Below the pieces are notes generated by a model. That model saw only the letters and a program-made list of their open reading frames with translations. It ran no database searches and was not told where the DNA came from. Shown piece by piece: positions 8,059-17,718 of a DNA stretch of 60,476 nucleotides. The stretch is taken from assembly GCA_046263195.1 (NCBI GenBank), contig JBHELG010000050.1, forward strand, positions 1-60,476, written 5' to 3'. The stretch is from Nitriliruptorales bacterium. Its GTDB lineage: Bacteria; Actinomycetota; Nitriliruptoria; Nitriliruptorales; JAHWKO01. How positions within the stretch are numbered: position 1 is the first letter of the stretch; each line of letters begins with the position of its first letter. The translations under genes and the position numbers were made by a program.

Positions 8059-8733
8059 GTGACTGAAACACTTGCGGCGTACGCGCGTCGAGCGGCGCTC
8101 ATCCTGGCTGCAGCAATGGTCGTCGTGGCTGCGGCGGTCTTCCTCGCATCTGCAGCCGACACCCCAGCCGGACATGCCCAGCCCACCGGTCAGATCGCCC
8201 CTACCGCACCCGCAACCGCACCGGGGCAGGCAATCCCGGCGCCCCGGCCGGTTGTCGCGCCCGAGCCGCCCCGGCCGGTTGTCGCGCCTGACCGTGTGCG
8301 CATAGCGGCAATCGGGGTGAACGCGCCCCTCATCCCGCTGGGCCTGAACCCCGACCGCACGCTCGCCGTACCGACGACGGCCGGGATCGCCGGTTGGTAC
8401 ACGGGGGCGCCGACACCCGGGGAAGTCGGTCCCGCCATCGTCGTGGGCCACGTCGACTGGCGCGGGGAACATGGCGTCTTCAAGCGCCTCGACCAGCTGC
8501 GCCCCGGCGACCAGGTCGAGTTCCGGTCCGGCGACGACGTCACCTCCACCTTCGTCGTCACCCGTTCCGAGCGAGTGTCGAAGGAAGCCTTCCCAACTCA
8601 GCGGGTGTATGGCGACACTGCCGGTCCCGAGCTCCGACTCATCACCTGCGGAGGAGTATTCGATCGGACCAGCGGCCACTACCGGGACAACGTCATCGTG
8701 TACGCGAAGGCGGTAGGTGAGACGAACCGGTGA
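8059..8733 (+). CDS. Class F sortase
   Basis: N-terminal TM segment, AGWY...PGEVGPAIVVGHVD, LRLITCGG...YRDNVIVYA. Confidence 0.92.
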   Translation: MTETLAAYARRAALILAAAMVVVAAAVFLASAADTPAGHAQPTGQIAPTAPATAPGQAIPAPRPVVAPEPPRPVVAPDRVRIAAIGVNAPLIPLGLNPDRTLAVPTTAGIAGWYTGAPTPGEVGPAIVVGHVDWRGEHGVFKRLDQLRPGDQVEFRSGDDVTSTFVVTRSERVSKEAFPTQRVYGDTAGPELRLITCGGVFDRTSGHYRDNVIVYAKAVGETNR

Positions 8734-8991
8734 GCGCCTGGTGTCAGTCCGATGCTCCCGCATCCTGACGAGGTCCAATCCGAACTTGATGACTAGCGAC
8801 GGGCGTAGTCCCGATTCGCAGGATGCGCACTCGACCCAAGCGACTCGAGCGAGCTGCTCGAGGCTGGATATGAGCGAAACTTGGAGGCAGGGGGCAGAGA
8901 GCAGCTGATGCAGTCGCCGTCAGGTTCGAGATTCCGGTAGGAGTGCCATCCCCTCCATCGGCGTGCTGACAAGCAACACCGGAGCAAAGTC

Positions 8992-10005
8992 ATGCCGATA
9001 CACCCCTGCAGGCCTCGCCTTTCTTCGCACAGCCAGCGGAGCCGTGTCGCGCTCGTCGGCATCCTCGTGATGATGTTTGCACTCTTGGTCGTCGAGTCCT
9101 TCTATCCGTTCGAACCGCAGTTGCCGGTGTGGCGGCGGACCATCCCGGCCCGCAATCCGGCCACGGGATCGGTGCGGTTTGACGGCCGCTCGCTCCTGGT
9201 CAGCCCCTCGCCGCCGGGGTGGCTGGTCGCAGCCCGACAAGGCGGACGCGTGGAGTTCGATCTCGAGGCCAGGGCTGAGCGGCCGCTACAGGGAGGCCCC
9301 GCCCGAGTGCTGACGATCAGCCGGGACATCCACGAGGCCAATATGAGCATTGGTCAACAAGATGACGCTCTCGTGGTGCGGGTCCGGCGTCACGGCTCCG
9401 ACAGGTCAGGCGATCCCGCCATCGAGGTTCCCCACCTCTTCGCTGCCGAGGGGTGGCACTCCGTCCATGTGCTGATAACGCACGAACATCTGCGCATAGA
9501 GGCGGACGGGCGTGTGGTGGTGGACGAAGCGCTCGAGACTGACGCCCTCGCCGGCTGGGATTCCGGCTACCTGCTCGCCCTTGGGGACGAGCCCCAGGGC
9601 GAGCGGGGCTGGGTCGGCGAGCTGCGACGGGTGCAGGTCACCACATCCGCTGGAGCGGTAAACCTGTTGACTCCTGGCTTGCTCGAGCCGAAGCGTGGCG
9701 CCGTCGTGCGGACTCGAGTCAGGACGCTCCTGGTACCCGCGGGTGGTGGTGATCCCATGTACCTGGTGGCTCTCCGGGTCCTTGCGTTTGTACCCATCGG
9801 GGTGGCGCTTCAGCGGTTGCTGCGTCGTTGGTTTCCCGTTCTGCTTGCCATCGTGGGGTTCTCTGGCCTGCTGTTGGTCGGCAAGCTGTTCGTCGCCGGC
9901 CGGCACCCCAACCTCGTCGACTTCGCTTGGAGTATCGTCGGCGGGTTCCTCGGTTACCTCTTCGGCATGGTCTTCGAGAGCCTCCGTCGACGACCGATCC
10001 GCTAG
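8992..10005 (+). CDS. Membrane protein with ConA/LamG-like domain and VanZ-like C-terminus
   Basis: TM segment, GPARVLTIS...IGQQDDALVVR...ALGDEPQGERGWVGEL, then three hydrophobic helices with AFVPIG and GRHP..VD. Confidence 0.6.
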   Translation: MPIHPCRPRLSSHSQRSRVALVGILVMMFALLVVESFYPFEPQLPVWRRTIPARNPATGSVRFDGRSLLVSPSPPGWLVAARQGGRVEFDLEARAERPLQGGPARVLTISRDIHEANMSIGQQDDALVVRVRRHGSDRSGDPAIEVPHLFAAEGWHSVHVLITHEHLRIEADGRVVVDEALETDALAGWDSGYLLALGDEPQGERGWVGELRRVQVTTSAGAVNLLTPGLLEPKRGAVVRTRVRTLLVPAGGGDPMYLVALRVLAFVPIGVALQRLLRRWFPVLLAIVGFSGLLLVGKLFVAGRHPNLVDFAWSIVGGFLGYLFGMVFESLRRRPIR

Positions 10006-10115
10006 GGAGCTGCGGGCCCCACGGCGTTAGGCGGTCACCCTCAACCGCTACCGCATTGCCTGGCGCGCCAGGTTCTCGCCCGGATCTCCCCCGCCACGAA
10101 TAAGTCCATCTTCTG

Positions 10116-10142
10116 TGTCGATTTCGCGGACCCTCGTACGAC
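10116..10142 (+). promoter_or_regulatory. ECF42-type promoter upstream of the DGPF gene
   Basis: TGTCGA (10116-10121)-17 nt-CGAC (10139-10142), matching the ECF42 consensus as recalled from Streptomyces work. Confidence 0.65.
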
Positions 10143-10213
10143 GCACTGGTAGAGCGAGGGTTCACACCTGAACGAGACCGTTCGGGGCCCCGGCTCGAGG
10201 CAAAGGAGGAACG

Positions 10214-10648
10214 GTGATGCGAGTCATGGTCCTGGTCAAGGCCAACGAGCAGAGCGAGGCAGGGGTTCTGCCCAGCGAGGAGCTCCTGACCGAGATGACG
10301 CGTTACAACGAGGAGCTGGTGAAGGCCGGCATCATGCTCGCGGGCGAGGGTCTGCAGCCGAGCTCGAAGGGCGCCCGGGTGAGGTTCTCCGGTGGTAAGA
10401 CCATCGTCATCGACGGACCGTTCACCGAGGCGAAGGAACTGATCGCCGGTTTCTGGCTGTGGCAGGTGAAGTCGATGGACGAGGCGATCGAGTGGGCCAA
10501 GCGGATCCCCAATCTCGAAGACGTCGAGTCCGAGGTCGAGATTCGTCCGGTGTTCGAGGCAGAGGACTTCGGTGAGGCGCTCACGCCCGAGCTCAGGCAA
10601 ACCGAGGAACGCCTGCGCACGCAGGTGGCCGAGCAGCAGCAGCAGTAG
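10214..10648 (+). CDS. YciI/DGPF-family protein
   Basis: AGEGLQPSSKGARV, IDGPFTEAKELIAGFW, EVEIRPVFE. Confidence 0.93.
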   Translation: MMRVMVLVKANEQSEAGVLPSEELLTEMTRYNEELVKAGIMLAGEGLQPSSKGARVRFSGGKTIVIDGPFTEAKELIAGFWLWQVKSMDEAIEWAKRIPNLEDVESEVEIRPVFEAEDFGEALTPELRQTEERLRTQVAEQQQQ

Positions 10649-10695
10649 TCGCGTCCTGCTTGTTGAGAGGAAGGTGGGTTGCTTGAGTCGCTGCC

Positions 10696-11964
10696 GTGAA
10701 GACTGTCGATGCTCGACGCGCGATCGAAGCCGTGTGGAGGATCGAGTCGGCCAGACTGATCGCGGGGGTGGCGCGGATCGTACGCGACGTCGGTCTCGCC
10801 GAGGATCTGGCGCATGACGCGCTCGTCGCCGCGCTCGAGCAGTGGCCGGAGTCGGGCGTCCCGGCAAACCCGGGCGCCTGGCTCATGGTCGTAGCCAAGC
10901 GACGTGCGATCGACCTGCTGCGACGAAGGGGGCTGTCAGAGCGCAAGCACGAGGAACTCGGTCGCGAGAACCGGGCCCCGGAAGGGTCAGTGGAGCCCGA
11001 TCTCGACGCGGTAGAACATGACGGACTCGACGACGATCTCCTGCGCCTCATGTTCGTGTGCTGCCATCCGGTCCTCTCAACCGAGGCACGTGTGGCCCTG
11101 ACGCTCCGCCTGCTCGGCGGCCTCACCACGGTGGAGATCGCACGGGCGTTTCTCGTCCCCGAGTCGACCGTCGCCCAGCGGATCGTGCGGGCCAAGCGAA
11201 CCCTCGCCGAGGCGCGGGTCCCCTTCGACGTCCCCCATGGGGCTGATCGCGCCGCCCGCCTGTCGTCGGTGCTGGAAGTCATCTACCTCGTGTTCAACGA
11301 GGGCTACTCGGCCACGGCTGGTGACACGTGGGTGCGTCCGGCCCTGTGCGAGGAGGCGCTTCGGCTCGGGCGCATCCTGGCCGAGCTCGCACCGAAGGAG
11401 CCCGAGGTCCACGGCCTCGTCGCGCTCATGGAGATTCAGGCGTCACGGTTGCGGGCGCGGACTGGTCCATCAGGGGAACCGATCCTGCTCTTCGATCAAG
11501 ACCGTGCGCGCTGGGACCAGCTGCTCATCCGTCGTGGTCTCGCCGCCCTCGAGCGTGCCGAAAAGCTCGGCGGCGAACGGGGCCCCTACGCGCTGCAGGC
11601 CGCGATCGCCGCGTGTCACGCCCGAGCCCTCACGCCAGCGGAGACCGATTGGGGCCGTATCGCCGCGCTCTACGACGCGCTCGCCCAGCTCGCGCCGTCA
11701 CCCGTGGTGGAGCTCAACCGGGCGGTCGCCCTGGCGATGGCGTTCGGTCCTGCAGCGGGCCTCGCGGTCGTTGACGGGCTGAGGTCGGAGCCGCTGCTCA
11801 AGTCGTACCACCTTCTGCCGAGCGTGCGCGGCGACCTGCTCGCCAAACTCGGCCGCTTGGATGAAGCACGTGCTGAATTCGAGCGCGCGGCATCGCTCAC
11901 GCGGAACAAGCGTGAGCGCGAACTGCTCCTCGAGCGCGCTTCCGCCTGCGCTCCCGACACCTAG
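10696..11964 (+). CDS. ECF42-group sigma factor with C-terminal TPR-like extension
   Basis: AEDLAHDALVAALEQWP, LRLMFVCCHP, EIARAFLVPESTVAQRIVRAK, GPYALQAAIAACH, SPVVELNRAVA; adjacent DGPF gene. Confidence 0.92.
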   Translation: MKTVDARRAIEAVWRIESARLIAGVARIVRDVGLAEDLAHDALVAALEQWPESGVPANPGAWLMVVAKRRAIDLLRRRGLSERKHEELGRENRAPEGSVEPDLDAVEHDGLDDDLLRLMFVCCHPVLSTEARVALTLRLLGGLTTVEIARAFLVPESTVAQRIVRAKRTLAEARVPFDVPHGADRAARLSSVLEVIYLVFNEGYSATAGDTWVRPALCEEALRLGRILAELAPKEPEVHGLVALMEIQASRLRARTGPSGEPILLFDQDRARWDQLLIRRGLAALERAEKLGGERGPYALQAAIAACHARALTPAETDWGRIAALYDALAQLAPSPVVELNRAVALAMAFGPAAGLAVVDGLRSEPLLKSYHLLPSVRGDLLAKLGRLDEARAEFERAASLTRNKRERELLLERASACAPDT

Positions 11965-11988
11965 CGCCGCAACTCCGTCGGCTCATTC

Positions 11989-12816
11989 GTGAATGGAGCA
12001 CGGCACCGAGTGGCACGGCTTGTTCTAGCGCTGGTCCTCGGGTCGGTCGCGCTCACCGTGCTGACCTGGATCCTCCAGCGCAGATTGATCTACTTTCCAG
12101 GCGGCCCCCCTCCACCGGTCGAACAGCTGCTGACCGGCGGTAAAGCCGTGACGCTCGGCACGGACGACGGCGTCGAACTCGAGGCCTGGTTCGTCGCATC
12201 CGGCCCGACCGCCGTCCTCGTTCTACCTGGCAACGCCGGCAATCGGAGCAACCGGGCGCCCCTGGCTCGAGCGCTGGCCGCCGAGGGGCTCTCCGTTCTG
12301 TTGCTCGAATACCGCGGGTACGGGGGAAATCCCGGACGACCCTCCGAGGAGGGCTTGCGTTCCGACGCACGTGCGGCGGTCGACTGGCTCGAGGAGCATC
12401 CCGACATCGATCGGATCGTCTACTGGGGAGAGTCGCTCGGAACCGCCCTGGCCACCTGGCTGGCAACCGAACGGGCACCCGCGGCGCTCGTTTTGCGCTC
12501 CCCTTTCCCCTCGCTCGGGGAGCTCGCGCGCCTGCACTACGGACCTGTCCCCGACTGGTTTCTACGCGACCGCTTCCAGGCCTTGGAGCAGGTACGCGTT
12601 CTCGACGTGCCCCTGCTCGTCGTCGCGGGCGAGCAGGACGAAGTCGTGCCACTTGACCTCAGCCGCCGTCTCCATGCCGCAGCGAAAGAACCGAAGAGGT
12701 TCGTGGTGGTGCCAGATGCCGGTCATAACGATCCGGCACTGCTGAATGGGAAGCGGCTCGTCGACGCTTTCACCGGCCTTCTGCGGGAGCATGGGGTCCT
12801 CGGGCCGGCTGACTGA
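11989..12816 (+). CDS. Alpha/beta hydrolase (ABHD13/17-like), membrane anchored
   Basis: QRRLIYFP, GNAGN, YRGYGG, GESLG nucleophile, GEQD, AGHND. Confidence 0.9.
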   Translation: MNGARHRVARLVLALVLGSVALTVLTWILQRRLIYFPGGPPPPVEQLLTGGKAVTLGTDDGVELEAWFVASGPTAVLVLPGNAGNRSNRAPLARALAAEGLSVLLLEYRGYGGNPGRPSEEGLRSDARAAVDWLEEHPDIDRIVYWGESLGTALATWLATERAPAALVLRSPFPSLGELARLHYGPVPDWFLRDRFQALEQVRVLDVPLLVVAGEQDEVVPLDLSRRLHAAAKEPKRFVVVPDAGHNDPALLNGKRLVDAFTGLLREHGVLGPAD

Positions 12817-12849
12817 GTGAATGTAGGACGACTCTTGGCGGCCGACGAC

Positions 12850-13578
12850 TCAGACGTCGGATACGAGGATCGGATCGGTTGATGGCTGCAGTGAACCCGC
12901 CGAGGGCTCGACGGTGATACCGATCTTGGCCTCCTCCGGGACCCCGCCGGCGAGAACGTGAAGCACGCGCCCGTCGTCTGTCGGCCGGAAGAGCCCCGCA
13001 GGCTCCGCGCCAGAGTCGTCAATGATCCAGAGCTGGTAGGTGCGCTCGCGACCGAGCGGAGGCAGACCGTGGGCGATCATCAAGGCGCGATCCTGGGCCT
13101 GTGAGAGGATGAACCGAGCGCGTACACCACCATGCCCAGCCACCGATACCACGCGCGCGTCTTCAGCTGCCAGGATCTCGTAGATCTCGGCGTTGCGGGC
13201 CTCGAGCTGACTGACCCGGGCGTTCATTCTCGCCACGACAACGGTCAGCGCAACGATCACGATGAGGGCGGCTGCGGCAGCACCCACGACAACACTTCGG
13301 GCGCGCTCCCGCAACCCCGGACGCTCCACCTGCGGGGGTGGAGGTGGATCCTGGCGCACCGTGTCGATCTGGGCGAGCACGCGATCACGCAGCGAAGGTG
13401 GAGCGCGCTCGGAGGAGGCGGCGCCGAGCTTCGCCGCGGTGGCCTGCAACTCGGTGACCTCGGCACGACAGCCCTCGCAGACGTCGAGGTGCGCCACGAA
13501 GTACCGTCGTTCGTCCTCGGGTAAGGCGTCGAGCGCGTACGCCCCCACGAGGGTGTGGATGTCATGGCTGGACGTCAT
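12850..13578 (-). CDS. rskA: Anti-sigma-K factor RskA-like
   Basis: LVGAYALDAL, HLDVCEGC (ZAS motif), TM segment, YQLW...AGLF...ITVEP..GS..PS. Confidence 0.88.
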   Translation of the reverse strand: MTSSHDIHTLVGAYALDALPEDERRYFVAHLDVCEGCRAEVTELQATAAKLGAASSERAPPSLRDRVLAQIDTVRQDPPPPPQVERPGLRERARSVVVGAAAAALIVIVALTVVVARMNARVSQLEARNAEIYEILAAEDARVVSVAGHGGVRARFILSQAQDRALMIAHGLPPLGRERTYQLWIIDDSGAEPAGLFRPTDDGRVLHVLAGGVPEEAKIGITVEPSAGSLQPSTDPILVSDV

Positions 13579-13581
13579 CTA

Positions 13582-13662
13582 CTACTCGCCCCTGAGTGCC
13601 TCGGGGTCTGACGAGGCCGTACGGGGGGTCGGGACGGCTTCGGCGGGAAGCTGACTGGTCAT
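13582..13662 (-). pseudogene. 26-codon ORF, probable internally deleted sigK remnant
   Basis: Perfect SD GGAGGTGA and ATG; ends TAG TAG directly before the rskA ATG. An alternate frame reads GLVRPR, followed by EALRGE in frame, resembling the SigK C-terminus DGLxRLRxAL. Confidence 0.5.
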
Positions 13663-13793
13663 GGCTTTCACCTCCGATTTCTCTTTCCCAGAGGTCCTCG
13701 CCTCGCCTCGGCGGTCCATCACTAGGAGCCGTCAGAACCCAGCATGGTTGCAGAATGGTGAAGGGCGCACGAATGAGTGCGGTTGGTCTTCGG

Positions 13794-14711
13794 TCAAGCG
13801 GGGTTGCTGACAGCCCCCGCATTCGCAAGTGCTGCAGTCGTGGTGAGCGCCGGAACCTGGGACCGTGGCAGGCGGGCCAGCGCCATCTCGCGCGCGTCCT
13901 CGAGCAGCTTCAGCCCCTCCAAGCCGGGAAGCGCGCTCACCGTGGCGTCAACTCGTCGCACTTCCGCCAGACCCCTCTCGTCACCGAAGAGGCTGGCCAG
14001 AACGAAGTCCGTCTCCTGCTGGGGACGCACCCCGGTTCCCACTGGGTCCCACAGCTGCTCCATCACCCAGCGGGTAACGCGGCGAGCTCGGGCGGAGCGG
14101 GCCAGCCTCAGCCGGGCCTGAGCGCGATAGAAGGCGAAATGGCGCCGCTCGTCCTTGACGATCCGGCGCAGGAGATCGACCAGAATCGGGTGCTTCGTAC
14201 GCTCGATCAGCGCCTGATAGGCGGTCAGCGTCGAGAGCTCATTGACCGCGCCCCACGTCACGTACACGGCCACGAAATCCGTGGTGAACGCGGAGGCAAA
14301 CAGGATGGCCAGATGGCGCAGCGTCCCGCTGACGACGACCGGACCACGAATCCGACGGTTGCGAGCCATCTTCGTGGGGAAGGGCGACCGCCCTCCGACC
14401 GCTTCATGATCGGGGGCCAGGCGAAGACCGGCCTCTCCCAAGAAGCGGCTGAAAGCCTCCCCGTGCCACAACTCCTCGTAAGCCCAGCACGAGAGAAAAG
14501 CGGTCACATCCGGCTCCAGGATCGCTCGGGTCGCCAACAGGTCCCGCAGATACACCACCGTGTGTGACTCGATGTCCATCATGTAGGTCAGACAGCGTGC
14601 CTCCACTTCGTCCAGCGGATGCTCACCGATCCGGTCCCAAGCCAGCGCAGACAGATCGATCCGGCCCGACGCCCGCAGGTAACGATCGAGATCGAACTCG
14701 TCGACGTGCAT
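13794..14711 (-). CDS. Ferritin-like di-iron protein (acyl-ACP desaturase-like)
   Basis: MMDIESHT, WAYEELWHG, GAVNELST, IVKDERRHFAFY (two ExxH motifs). Start ATG 14711. Confidence 0.85.
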   Translation of the reverse strand: MHVDEFDLDRYLRASGRIDLSALAWDRIGEHPLDEVEARCLTYMMDIESHTVVYLRDLLATRAILEPDVTAFLSCWAYEELWHGEAFSRFLGEAGLRLAPDHEAVGGRSPFPTKMARNRRIRGPVVVSGTLRHLAILFASAFTTDFVAVYVTWGAVNELSTLTAYQALIERTKHPILVDLLRRIVKDERRHFAFYRAQARLRLARSARARRVTRWVMEQLWDPVGTGVRPQQETDFVLASLFGDERGLAEVRRVDATVSALPGLEGLKLLEDAREMALARLPRSQVPALTTTAALANAGAVSNPA

Positions 14712-14745
14712 GCGAAGCCATCCTCCCGAGCGGCGCCAGCACGAA

Positions 14746-14771
14746 TTCGGACCCCGTGCCCGTCCGGATGG
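14746..14771 (-). promoter_or_regulatory. SigK-type promoter for the ferritin-like gene
   Basis: CCATCC-15 nt-CCGAA on the minus strand. Confidence 0.7.
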
Positions 14772-14883
14772 GTCGGAGAGCTGTGACAGGCGATGGCTCG
14801 CAGGAGAACCAAGGGTCGGCCGACGTCCCTCTTCCCCTGGATCGTCCCGTTTCGGACACCTCACGCGATGATCTTCACGCGAC

Positions 14884-14909
14884 CAATCCGCGTGCTGAAC
14901 CGTTTCGAA
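14884..14909 (+). promoter_or_regulatory. SigK-type promoter for the DUF4383 gene
   Basis: CAATCC-15 nt-TCGAA on the plus strand, divergent from the previous one. Confidence 0.6.
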
Positions 14910-14943
14910 CGAGGGAGGACATCCCAAGGACACGGAGAAAATA

Positions 14944-15390
14944 GTGCAAGATTTCGCGGAGACAAGAAGGCCTCGGACCACGGCACAGTGGTTCGCCCTG
15001 ATCGCTGGCTCGGTCTACATTCTCATTGGCCTAGCCGGGTTCTTCGTTACCGGCTTTGACGTTTTCGTGGGAAACTCTCAGGAGACACTGATCCTTTTCG
15101 AAGTGAACCCGTTCCACAACGTCGTACACATCGTAATCGGTAGTCTTTGGTTGGTTGCCGGACTCATGCTTGGCGCGGAGGCGACGCAGGGCGTGAACTT
15201 CGCCATTGCGGGCTTCTACCTCCTCGCTGCCGTGGCGGGATTCCTCGGGCTGGGAATCTTGGACGATCTCCTGGCAATCGACGGTGTTCTGCACCCGGAC
15301 AACTTCCTTCACCTCGCAACGGCACTGGCATCGTTGCCCTTCGGTGCGGGCGTCCTGCGGTCTCGTACCGTCCAGCGCGGTGCTGCATGA
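14944..15390 (+). CDS. DUF4383-family membrane protein
   Basis: GLAGFFVTG, FEVNPFHNVVHIVIG, DNFLHL; four TM segments. Confidence 0.85.
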   Translation: MQDFAETRRPRTTAQWFALIAGSVYILIGLAGFFVTGFDVFVGNSQETLILFEVNPFHNVVHIVIGSLWLVAGLMLGAEATQGVNFAIAGFYLLAAVAGFLGLGILDDLLAIDGVLHPDNFLHLATALASLPFGAGVLRSRTVQRGAA

Positions 15391-15414
15391 CCGACACATG
15401 GGCCGAGGTCAGCC

Positions 15415-16491
15415 TCAATGTTCGTCTTGGTCGTCCTGCAGTTCACTGCCTAACCGTCGGTAGACCCGTTGCACAATGTCACCCGTGGCTGAGGCGCTCT
15501 GGGAATCGGATCGTGTTGGTGGAGAGTCCGCTGATGACGATGAAGACGGCGACGAAGCTGTCAGCTGCGGGCTGGACGATGTGCGGCCGGCGACGGCCTC
15601 GTGGAAGCTGGGAGCGGCGTCGAGAGTGATGGTCTCGAAGGGCATATCGATGTCAGCGGCGTTGAAAGCGTTGTAGATCGCCTCGACGACCCGGTCTTGG
15701 GTGCGACGGACCTCGGCCTGTTGGGGCCGCGTCCAGAAGCGCAGGTCGAGGTTGATCGACGAGTCACCGAACTCGTCGTAGTAGGCCTGCGGCTCGGGCT
15801 CTTCGAGCACGCCTTCTACGCTGGCAAGCGTATCGAGGGCAATCTCCCGAGCCTGGCCGAGGTTCGTCTGGTAGCTCACGCCCACCGTCACGTTCGTGCG
15901 CACGGCCTCGAAGGCCGTTTGAACCTTGATGGTGTTGTTGTAGACCTCCTTGTTGGGGATGATAATGAGGCGGCCATCGAAGGTGCGAAGCCGCGTTTCT
16001 CGCACCGAGATGCCTTCGACACTGCCTTCGTGGTCGTCGATTTCGACCTGGTCGCCGGAGACGAATGGCTGGCGGAAGATCAGCAGGATTCCCGCCACCA
16101 GGTTGCTCAAGATGTCCTGCAGGGCGAACCCGGCCGCAAGGCCGAGGACACCAAGCCCCCCGAGCACCGTTGCGACACTGACCGAGGGAAAGGCGATCGG
16201 TAACGCCACTACCAGCCCCAGGATCCCCACTCCCGCGTAGGCGAGAGCTGAGAAGACGCGTCCGAAGCTGGGAGTTCGGAGCCGGGTCAGACGGGGGTCG
16301 AGGACACCCTGGACCAGTTTCCCGATTCCGAGGAAAATCACGAAGACCGTCGCCGCTATCCCCACCCGCGGCGCCCCCGCGAAGAAACCTGCTGCCAGGT
16401 CCTGCAGGGACTCCAACGCCTTCTGGGCAGGGCTGACCAGGACAGGACGCGGGGACGGCGACGGCGTCTGCTCCAGTGGCAGCATTGTCAT
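15415..16491 (-). CDS. mscS: Small-conductance mechanosensitive channel (MscS family)
   Basis: GFALQDILSNLVAGILL, PFVSGDQV, IIPN, VGVSY, FGDSSINL. Confidence 0.92.
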   Translation of the reverse strand: MTMLPLEQTPSPSPRPVLVSPAQKALESLQDLAAGFFAGAPRVGIAATVFVIFLGIGKLVQGVLDPRLTRLRTPSFGRVFSALAYAGVGILGLVVALPIAFPSVSVATVLGGLGVLGLAAGFALQDILSNLVAGILLIFRQPFVSGDQVEIDDHEGSVEGISVRETRLRTFDGRLIIIPNKEVYNNTIKVQTAFEAVRTNVTVGVSYQTNLGQAREIALDTLASVEGVLEEPEPQAYYDEFGDSSINLDLRFWTRPQQAEVRRTQDRVVEAIYNAFNAADIDMPFETITLDAAPSFHEAVAGRTSSSPQLTASSPSSSSSADSPPTRSDSQSASATGDIVQRVYRRLGSELQDDQDEH

Positions 16492-16594
16492 GAGCGATCA
16501 CAGCCGGTTGTGGCGTAACCCATCTGTCCCTCCCTCGCCGAAGATTGCTCCCTCAGTAGGAATAGCGCTGTCATCACGGACGCTGCGCGCGACA

Positions 16595-16634
16595 ATCAAG
16601 TGGGCACGTGACTCAGCGTCACGTGCCACTTGAT
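16595..16634. terminator. Long hairpin, possible terminator downstream of the DUF3618 operon
   Basis: ATCAAGTGG-G-CACGTGAC / GTCACGTG-CCACTTGAT, 17-bp stem with one bulge; no U tract. Confidence 0.5.
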
Positions 16635-16790
16635 CACCACGAGCAGGGAAGGATCAAGAGGTCACTTCCCCCAGTTTCCGAATGTCGTGATCCGGGTGGC
16701 TGTCTAGTTGAGCCCTGGGACAGCAAGAGGCTGACCAGCCGGTAGCTCTCCGGCCCAATGTGCCGGGGCTCCAGTTACAGCAGGGTTGGA

Positions 16791-17054
16791 TCACGAGGGA
16801 TCGGTAGCGCGTTCAAGTTCGACCTCCTCTACAACCTGTCGCGCTATGCGACGAATCCTACGATCGCGGAGGCGGGCTCGAAGCCACAACCCGAGCACTC
16901 CCGCCACCACCCCGCCCACTGCCGCCGCCGTGGCAGGCTTCTTCAGGGTCTCCGCGGGCGGGACCTGCTCCGCGAGTTCGTCGATGCGGGTGTCGATGCG
17001 CTGGCGTGACGCCTCGATCTCGTTTCTTACCGATTCAGCCGAGTTTGCGCCCAC
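16791..17054 (-). CDS. DUF3618-like small protein
   Basis: SAESVRNEIEASRQRIDTRIDEL plus C-terminal TM; overlaps the upstream holin-like gene. Confidence 0.75.
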   Translation of the reverse strand: MGANSAESVRNEIEASRQRIDTRIDELAEQVPPAETLKKPATAAAVGGVVAGVLGLWLRARLRDRRIRRIARQVVEEVELERATDPS

Positions 17055-17455
17055 TTTTTGTCCTCCTTCAGGGCTTCGATCGTTGCTTCCGGGGCAGTCG
17101 GAGGCGCCATCAGGTGCTTGCGTGCGAACAGTGCCGCACCCGTCACGCCCCCCAGAAAGATAATGGCAACAATCAGCCGGGCGACCCAGTCCCACAAGAG
17201 TTCGGCGAGCCCGTAGGCGAGTGCCGAAGCGAGAAAGCCGAGCGCGAACAGGCCCATCACGCCTGCAGCGACCCCCGCCGCAACCGCCTTCAAGCGCGCC
17301 TCGAGCGTCTCCAGCAACTCCTGGCGTGCCAACTCCTGGTGCTTCCTGAACAGCAACTGGGTCTCGTGCAGCAGGCTACGAATGATCTCGACCGGCTCCC
17401 GCTCCTGAGCCGAGGCCTGAACGTGGTCGCGCCCAACGGCGTCGGGCCTCTCCAT
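17027..17455 (-). CDS. Phage-holin-family (YqjE-like) membrane protein
   Basis: LLFRKHQELARQEL, two TM segments, PEATIEALKEDKKW. Confidence 0.8.
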   Translation of the reverse strand: MERPDAVGRDHVQASAQEREPVEIIRSLLHETQLLFRKHQELARQELLETLEARLKAVAAGVAAGVMGLFALGFLASALAYGLAELLWDWVARLIVAIIFLGGVTGAALFARKHLMAPPTAPEATIEALKEDKKWAQTRLNR

Positions 17456-17718
17456 CGACGCTCCTTTCGTACGGCCCCAGGCCGCTGCAATCCAAGACCA
17501 GGCCACCGACCGGGGGGTCAAGCAGGTGCTGCGATGGCAAGGGCGCAACTGGGCGAAGCATGTCGGGCTGGAAGGATGCCGAGAATGCCCCCATGCGGAG
17601 TACGCTCGTCTGGCAGCTAGCTTCCGGTTCATAGCATCTGGGACTCATTTCATCCGTTACCCAAGCCAGGCATCGCCTACGAAGGGGATGGCTGCCCGAC
17701 TTGAAAGGTCAACACGCA

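Noticed and set aside
17027-17455. Prophage inferred from the phage-holin family call
   Set aside because: No phage structural, lysin or integrase genes nearby; this family commonly sits with DUF3618 and YihY in chromosomal stress loci.
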